DNA of 64,000 nt from positions 9,043 to 73,042 of the forward strand of contig NDHY01000001.1 of NCBI GenBank assembly GCA_003574845.1, written 5' to 3'. The first letter of the stretch is position 1; every line of letters starts with the position of its first letter. Shown here piece by piece: positions 59,038-64,000 of the stretch. The DNA is from a candidate division NPL-UPA2 bacterium Unc8 (lineage in GTDB: Bacteria; NPL-UPA2). Below the pieces are notes generated by a model, which saw nothing but the letters and a program-made list of their open reading frames with translations, was not told the DNA's origin and did not search any database. Made by a program: the position numbers and the translations under genes.

Positions 59038-60000
59038 ATGAAAATGTCTGTTCAACAGTGCCTCATTACGGGAGGAGCGGGGTTTATTGGCTCTCATTTA
59101 GCTGAGACGCTGATAAAAATGGGAGAGGGTGTTGTTGTTATTGATGACCTTTCTACAGGGAGATGGGAGAATATATCTCATTTAAAAGGGAAGAAGGGCT
59201 TTCGATTTGTCAGGGAAAGTATTTTAAATAAAGCAGTATTAAAAAAATTAATAGAAGGCTGTAATGTCATCTATCATCTTGCGGCAGCGGTGGGCGTAAA
59301 ATTCATCATTGATAATCCTCTGAAATCAATGGAAATAAACATCAAAGGAACGGAAAATGTTGCCGAACTCGCCAGCAAAGAGAAAAAGAAGGTTTTGTTT
59401 ACTTCCACTTCAGAAATATATGGGAAGAAGGAACGCAGGCGTCTAAAGGAAGATGATGACCGAATTCTCGGAACGACAAAAATTGCAAGATGGAGCTATT
59501 CCTGCACCAAAGCGGCTGATGAATTTCTCTTACTGGCTTACCACCGCCAGAAGGGACTACCAGTGGTCATTATGCGACTCTTCAATACCTGTGGTCCTCG
59601 CCAGGTGGGAGATTATGGAATGGTCATTCCCCGCCTTAGGAAACAGGCACTCTCCGGAGATCCAATGACCGTCTATGGAGATGGAAAACAAACCAGAAGC
59701 TTTACTTACATTACTGATGTAATAGAGGCAATGATTGCCCTGATGAATCATCCCTGGGCAGTGGGGGAGATATTTAATGTAGGGAGTGAGGAGGGGATTA
59801 CCATTCTAACGTTGGCAAAGAAAATAAAGGCACTGAGCAAAAGTAAATCTAAGATTGTTCTCATTCCTTATGAGGAAGCCTATGAAAAAGGATTTGAGGA
59901 TATGCGGCACAGGATTCCTGACCTTAGCAAAATTCGCAAGTTTATCAATTATGCACCAAAAGTTAATCTTGATGAGATGTTGAGAAGGATTGTGTCTTGA
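59038..60000 (+). CDS. NAD-dependent nucleoside-diphosphate-sugar epimerase/dehydratase
   Basis: TGGAGFIGSH, HLAAAVGV, STSEIYG and RWSYSCTK motifs. Confidence 0.88.
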   Translation: MKMSVQQCLITGGAGFIGSHLAETLIKMGEGVVVIDDLSTGRWENISHLKGKKGFRFVRESILNKAVLKKLIEGCNVIYHLAAAVGVKFIIDNPLKSMEINIKGTENVAELASKEKKKVLFTSTSEIYGKKERRRLKEDDDRILGTTKIARWSYSCTKAADEFLLLAYHRQKGLPVVIMRLFNTCGPRQVGDYGMVIPRLRKQALSGDPMTVYGDGKQTRSFTYITDVIEAMIALMNHPWAVGEIFNVGSEEGITILTLAKKIKALSKSKSKIVLIPYEEAYEKGFEDMRHRIPDLSKIRKFINYAPKVNLDEMLRRIVS

Positions 60001-60620
60001 TGGCTAAGTTAAATTTAGGGGTGCTTCTCTCTGGTAATGGAAGGACGCTGCAAAATATCATTAACCGAATTAAGAAGGGCGAGCTTCCCGCGCAGGTCAG
60101 GGTAGTTGTCAGCAGCCGTGAGGATGCCGGTGGGGTTGTAATAGCAAAGAAAGAAGGGATAGATGTTTTTGTCGTCTCTCCGCAGCAGCTCAGGGGAGAT
60201 ACATTCAGTGAGAAAATAGCCAGTATACTGTCAAAGTATGAAATAGACCTTGTTATAATGGCGGGGTTTCTTCATTTCTTCAAGATATCTGAAAAATACC
60301 AGGGCAAAGTGCTTAACATTCACCCTGCTCTTATCCCATCATTCTGTGGAAAAGGCTACTATGGTCACTATGTCCATGAGGCAGTCCTCAAATCTGGCGT
60401 TAAAATATCAGGTTGCACCGTTCATTTTGCCGACAACACCTATGATAATGGGCCAATTATTCTTCAGAAGACTGTTCCTGTTATGGATGATGATACCCCT
60501 CAAACTCTGGCGGAGAGAGTATTCACCGCAGAATGCGAGGCATACCCTGAAGCAATTCAACTGTTTGCCAGAGGAAGGCTAAAAATAGTAGGAGGAAAGA
60601 CCCTAATTTTGGAAGAGTAA
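60000..60620 (+). CDS. purN: Phosphoribosylglycinamide formyltransferase
   Basis: LSGNGRTL, LNIHPALIPSF and GCTVHF...YDNGPII motifs. Confidence 0.94.
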   Translation: MAKLNLGVLLSGNGRTLQNIINRIKKGELPAQVRVVVSSREDAGGVVIAKKEGIDVFVVSPQQLRGDTFSEKIASILSKYEIDLVIMAGFLHFFKISEKYQGKVLNIHPALIPSFCGKGYYGHYVHEAVLKSGVKISGCTVHFADNTYDNGPIILQKTVPVMDDDTPQTLAERVFTAECEAYPEAIQLFARGRLKIVGGKTLILEE

Positions 60621-60651
60621 GGCACAAAGTGTGAAAAGGCACAGAAAGAAA

Positions 60652-61953
60652 ATGAATCTTTTGAGTGAAATTGAGAGAGTTTTCCCGCCGAGAGTCATCA
60701 GTCTTCTTCGCCGCATTGGCGAGATTGCCGAAGATAGAGGACAAAATGTATATCTTGTAGGTGGAGTGGTGCGGGACATCTTTCTCGGAGTGAAGAATTT
60801 AGACATTGACATCAGCATTGAAGGAGAAGGAATAGAATTCGCTCGCGAACTGGCCCGACAACTCACAGGATGGGTAAAAGCAGAAACAAGATTTGGAACG
60901 GCGATAGTTACTTTTCGCGGCCTCCCGAAAGTAGATGTGGCTACCTGTCGCCGGGAATACTATCATTCCCCCGGCGCATTACCTGAGGTCATCAGTTCCT
61001 CCATAAAGAATGATTTATATCGGCGCGATTTCACTATCAATGCAATGGCAGTAAAGCTTAACCCTGCCAGAATTGGAGAATTAGTTGATTTTTTCGGGGG
61101 AAGAAGCGACTTAAAAAAAGGTGTTGTGCGTAGTCTTCATAACAGGAGCTTTCTTGACGACCCTACCAGAATCTTCAGGGCGGTGCGATTTGCCGTCAGG
61201 TATAACTTCTGTATTGAAACGGACACTGAGAGTCTGATAAAAGAGGCGACGGGGCGGGTAATCTTTGATGAGATAACGATTGAGAGAGTAAGAGATGAAC
61301 TTGTTCATATCTTCAACGAGGAGTCCGTGCAGCAAGCCATCAAAAAGATGGCTGAGTTGCATGAGCTAAAATTTATTCACCCCGGGATAAAGCTTAATCC
61401 CGAAACGGAGACGTTTCTTGGTGAACTTGAGGAGGTTATTTCCTGGTTTCAGAGTTCATTCCCGGGGGAAAAAATTAAGAAGTGGCTTAGCTATTTCATT
61501 GCTCTTCTTGACGAGCTAACCATTGATGAGGCAAAGATTACTTTGAAACGATTCCACTTTAGTGAAAAACAAACAAAAGAGGCGGTGAGAATGAAAAAAA
61601 GTGCCTCAGGAAGGCTTGCGGCACTGGGAAGAAAGGAATCAAAGCCCAGCGAGATTTATCGGCAGTTAAGAGGACTATCCGTTGAATTACTACTCTTTCT
61701 TATGGCAAAAGCTCGTGGTACTGCCCGTCAGAGAATTTTACTTTACTTAACAAAACTCCGCCATGTGAGATTGACGATAAGTGGGGAGGACTTGAGGAAA
61801 GCTGGTCTTTCGCCAGGACCTGAATTTGCAACAATCCTTAATAATATGCTCTTAACTAAGCTGGACGGCTGTCTTGAAACCAGAGAAGATGAACTAATAT
61901 ATGTAAATTCTTATCTTAAAGAGCAGCGTTTGAAACTATCTAAGCTTGTGTAG
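60652..61953 (+). CDS. Class II tRNA nucleotidyltransferase (CCA- or A-adding)
   Basis: GGVVRD..DIDI, DLYRRDFTINAMA and DDPTRIFRAVRF motifs. Confidence 0.9.
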   Translation: MNLLSEIERVFPPRVISLLRRIGEIAEDRGQNVYLVGGVVRDIFLGVKNLDIDISIEGEGIEFARELARQLTGWVKAETRFGTAIVTFRGLPKVDVATCRREYYHSPGALPEVISSSIKNDLYRRDFTINAMAVKLNPARIGELVDFFGGRSDLKKGVVRSLHNRSFLDDPTRIFRAVRFAVRYNFCIETDTESLIKEATGRVIFDEITIERVRDELVHIFNEESVQQAIKKMAELHELKFIHPGIKLNPETETFLGELEEVISWFQSSFPGEKIKKWLSYFIALLDELTIDEAKITLKRFHFSEKQTKEAVRMKKSASGRLAALGRKESKPSEIYRQLRGLSVELLLFLMAKARGTARQRILLYLTKLRHVRLTISGEDLRKAGLSPGPEFATILNNMLLTKLDGCLETREDELIYVNSYLKEQRLKLSKLV

Positions 61954-62724
61954 TCGCTTGAGCTTACGAGGAGTAAATAGTTCATTTCCCAACCCCTGGT
62001 CAAAGGTGACCTCAGTGATGCGTATTTCTATTTCTCTTTCTCTCCTGAGGTCAGATATTGCACTTACCCGTGGAAGCCAATATCCATCTGTTTTTTCCCA
62101 CTCATCCATTTTCGCCACTCTTTGCAGCTTACCCTCTCTATCATATTGCTCAATCATCACAGGATAAAACTCATCTTTTCTTATCCACACTCTCAGTACG
62201 GGATAGTCTGTCTCAATACTCTCCTTGATTTTGAGTTTAAGGATGTAGTGAACAAGCCCCTGGAGCTTCTCGCTTCCAAGAAGCGTAGGCTCATAGTCGT
62301 CAATGTGAATGATTAGCGCCTCCATGTCAGCTGGCGTGAAGCCGGTGCCAAGAAAGTCAGCGTCTCCCTCCATCTCTTCTAAGGAAATTCTTTCTGCCTC
62401 CCTCCAGATAGGAAGGTATACATATCTCACATTATTCGGCAGAGTGAGAATTGCCGTTCTTCTCAGGCGGTCGGGATAAAGAAACATAAGGACTCCTTTT
62501 TCTCCTTTCTGCCATATTCTCACTATTCTTTTTCTCTCTCGCTTTCCTTCCTCATTGATGATTAACTCGGCAACAATTTCTCTGTCTGCAGGGGCATTGA
62601 CTATGTCATCACTCTTTATTAAAATCTCCCGGGCAGTGAGTTCTTCGCTGTTCCCGGCTAAAGACAATCCAATAATCAGCCCTGCAATTCCTACCGCTAT
62701 GAATAGATTTTTTGCTTTCATCAT
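61936..62724 (-). CDS. LolA-like outer-membrane lipoprotein-sorting family protein
   Basis: Signal peptide, FLYP, YVYLP, FLGTGFT..D and YDREGKL motifs; start 62724 or 62721. Confidence 0.75.
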   Translation of the reverse strand: MMKAKNLFIAVGIAGLIIGLSLAGNSEELTAREILIKSDDIVNAPADREIVAELIINEEGKRERKRIVRIWQKGEKGVLMFLYPDRLRRTAILTLPNNVRYVYLPIWREAERISLEEMEGDADFLGTGFTPADMEALIIHIDDYEPTLLGSEKLQGLVHYILKLKIKESIETDYPVLRVWIRKDEFYPVMIEQYDREGKLQRVAKMDEWEKTDGYWLPRVSAISDLRREREIEIRITEVTFDQGLGNELFTPRKLKRLHKLR

Positions 62725-62786
62725 TAGCCGAACTCTACCATTTGCCTGCAAGGGCTGTCAATCTACAAATATCAAGGACATTACTC

Positions 62787-62847
62787 TTGACAGGGAGTAG
62801 AGAAAAGTGCTAAATTCTTATACAAGAAAGGTTGCTCGGCAACCTTT
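62787..62847 (+). promoter_or_regulatory. Putative promoter followed by a perfect 9-bp inverted repeat
   Basis: TTGACA-N18-TAAATT (62787-62816); AAAGGTTGC-TCG-GCAACCTTT (62827-62847). Confidence 0.55.
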
Positions 62848-62899
62848 AACGAAATTCATCTATTAATTAATTGTTATATTGAAAGACAATTTAAAAATT

Positions 62900-63277
62900 T
62901 GTCATTCCCCGGCTTGACCGGGGAATCCAGAAAAGAATGGAGAAAAATTATTACGTTTACATTTTAGCAAGTAAGCGAAATGGGACGTTATACATTGGAA
63001 TAAGCTCTGATTTAATAAAACGAACCTGGGAACATAAGAATAAAATTGTTGAAGGTTTTACACAAAAATACAATGTTGATAAACTTGTATACTATGAACA
63101 ATACCAAAACCCAGAGAATGCAATAAGACGAGAGAAAAGATTAAAGAAATATAACCGCAAATGAAAATTAGATCTGATAGAAAAATTCAATCCCAATTGG
63201 GAAGATTTATACGATGATATTTCTGGATTGTCCGATCGAGCATGCCCTCTGACTCGATCAGGGGTCGGACAATGACA
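62900..63277. mobile_element. GIY-YIG gene bracketed by inverted GTCATT-type REP palindromes
   Basis: Left arm TGTCATTCCCCGG-CTTGA-CCGGGGAATCCAG; right arm CTGGATTGTCCGA...TCGGACAATGACA with a 24-nt nested insert. Confidence 0.8.
62937..63275 (+). pseudogene. GIY-YIG nuclease with an internal TGA
   Basis: YYVYILASKRNGTLYIG and AIRREKRLK motifs; TGA at 63162-63164, then KLDLIEKFNPNWEDLY continues in frame. Confidence 0.85.
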
Positions 63278-63291
63278 TAAAGAATAAAAAC

Positions 63292-63348
63292 ATATAACAA
63301 TTCGCTCCAGCGAACGGCTACCGCCGTCGCTGAGCTTGGCCGTTAGCC
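63292..63348 (+). other. attC-like integron cassette recombination site
   Basis: ATATAAC...GTTAGCC cores; inner CTC(C)AGCGA/TCGCTGAG stem with one extrahelical base; 57 bp. Confidence 0.75.
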
Positions 63349-63371
63349 TATGTAGAAGGGGAGGTGATACT

Positions 63372-63557
63372 ATGCATTCAGCAAAAGAGCAGATGAGCAA
63401 AATCATTCATGAACAGCCTGATGATAGCTCCTACGACGAAGTGCTTCGTGAGTTAGCTTTTGCTCGAATGGTTGAGCGTGGTATAGAGGACTCTGATGCA
63501 AAGAGGACAATCAGCAATGTCGAAATGAAACATAGGATTAGAACATGGGGGAAATAA
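63372..63557 (+). CDS. Small putative antitoxin (partner of a RelE/ParE toxin)
   Basis: GGAGGT Shine-Dalgarno; MHSAKEQ...QPDDSSYDEVLREL...; overlaps the toxin start. Confidence 0.75.
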   Translation: MHSAKEQMSKIIHEQPDDSSYDEVLRELAFARMVERGIEDSDAKRTISNVEMKHRIRTWGK

Positions 63558-63643
63558 ACTGGACTGAGGAAGCGGAACGATGGCTCAAGGATATCCACGG
63601 CTACATAGCTCAGGATAGCCCAGAATCAGCGGTTTATTGCTAA
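63545..63643 (+). pseudogene. Truncated RelE/ParE-family toxin
   Basis: MGEINWTEEAERWLKDIHGYIAQDSPESA is a typical ParE N-terminus; it stops after 32 aa. Confidence 0.75.
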
Positions 63644-63659
63644 AAATATCATTAGCTAA

Positions 63660-63932
63660 GGGGTCGTATCAAAATAATGTTAACCATTTGCCAGAGGTGA
63701 TTTTGGAGCGAGACAAGGAATGAAGAGTGAAACGTAGCCAAAGCGCTACGGAAGCGATGAGTAACGCAGTCGCAGCCCAAAAGCGACCTGGCCCTTCGGG
63801 GAGTCCCGTCTTTGGGCCATTGCGGCGTTGCTCCTCGGTTATGTGCCACAGCGGGCACACTGCCCTCGTCGCACCTTGCACTGACCTCAAATCTGGGACT
63901 CCAAATAGTCAAGATTATTCTGATACGACCCC
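63660..63932. mobile_element. 273-bp MITE with ~31-bp imperfect TIRs and TAA target duplication
   Basis: GGGGTCGTATCAAAATAATGTTAACCATTTG versus the reverse complement of the right end GGGGTCGTATCAGAATAATCTTGACTATTTG (27/31); TAA on both flanks. Confidence 0.85.
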
Positions 63933-63989
63933 TAACACCTGACCGCTATTCCGCTGGCGCTTTTTGGCGGGTGAGTTCTATCGTTAGCA
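63933..63989 (+). other. Second, degenerate attC-like site interrupted by the MITE
   Basis: Removing the MITE restores GCTAAC...CACC(TGA)CCGC...GCGGGTG...GTTAGC. Confidence 0.6.
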
Positions 63990-64000
63990 TAAAAATTAAA

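Noticed and set aside
63162-63164. Genome-wide TGA reassignment
   Set aside because: TGA ends clpC, aspS, dnaE and other genes at their expected C-termini.
63652-63942. Three short ORFs in the terminal MITE
   Set aside because: No transposase motifs; they lie across a non-coding structured repeat.

Overview
64 kb of an AT-rich chromosome (about 42% GC in the lines I counted) from a diderm, apparently anaerobic bacterium. A PVC-like candidate lineage is a guess from the mcsA-mcsB-clpC-bamA and lpxC-fabZ gene order. Most of the window is housekeeping: hisC, trpS, clpC, bamA, lpx genes, uvrB, aspS, mgtE, recO, pheT, dnaE, secA, prs, gmk, purN and three CCA-less tRNAs. There is also an HdrD-like/ETF/HdrA/MvhD/Flx redox cluster. 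The unusual signal is non-coding. Many spacers are built from modular 7- and 8-nt tandem repeats that are mostly co-oriented with transcription and have invaded gene ends. Into these arrays, into REP hairpins and into genes, several distinct 19-36 bp hairpin micro-elements appear to have inserted, with reconstructable empty sites. Candidate mobilising enzymes sit at both window edges: a REP-linked HUH/RAYT transposase at the left, missed by the ORF track, and a GIY-YIG nuclease bracketed by GTCATT palindromes at the right, with an empty doublet copy at 19.7 kb. The right edge also carries attC-like sites, a toxin-antitoxin cassette remnant and a MITE inserted in an attC core. hppA is frameshifted at an apparent GC-content break, and etfA appears to start at ATA. 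All calls come from reading the sequence by eye; no searches were run.
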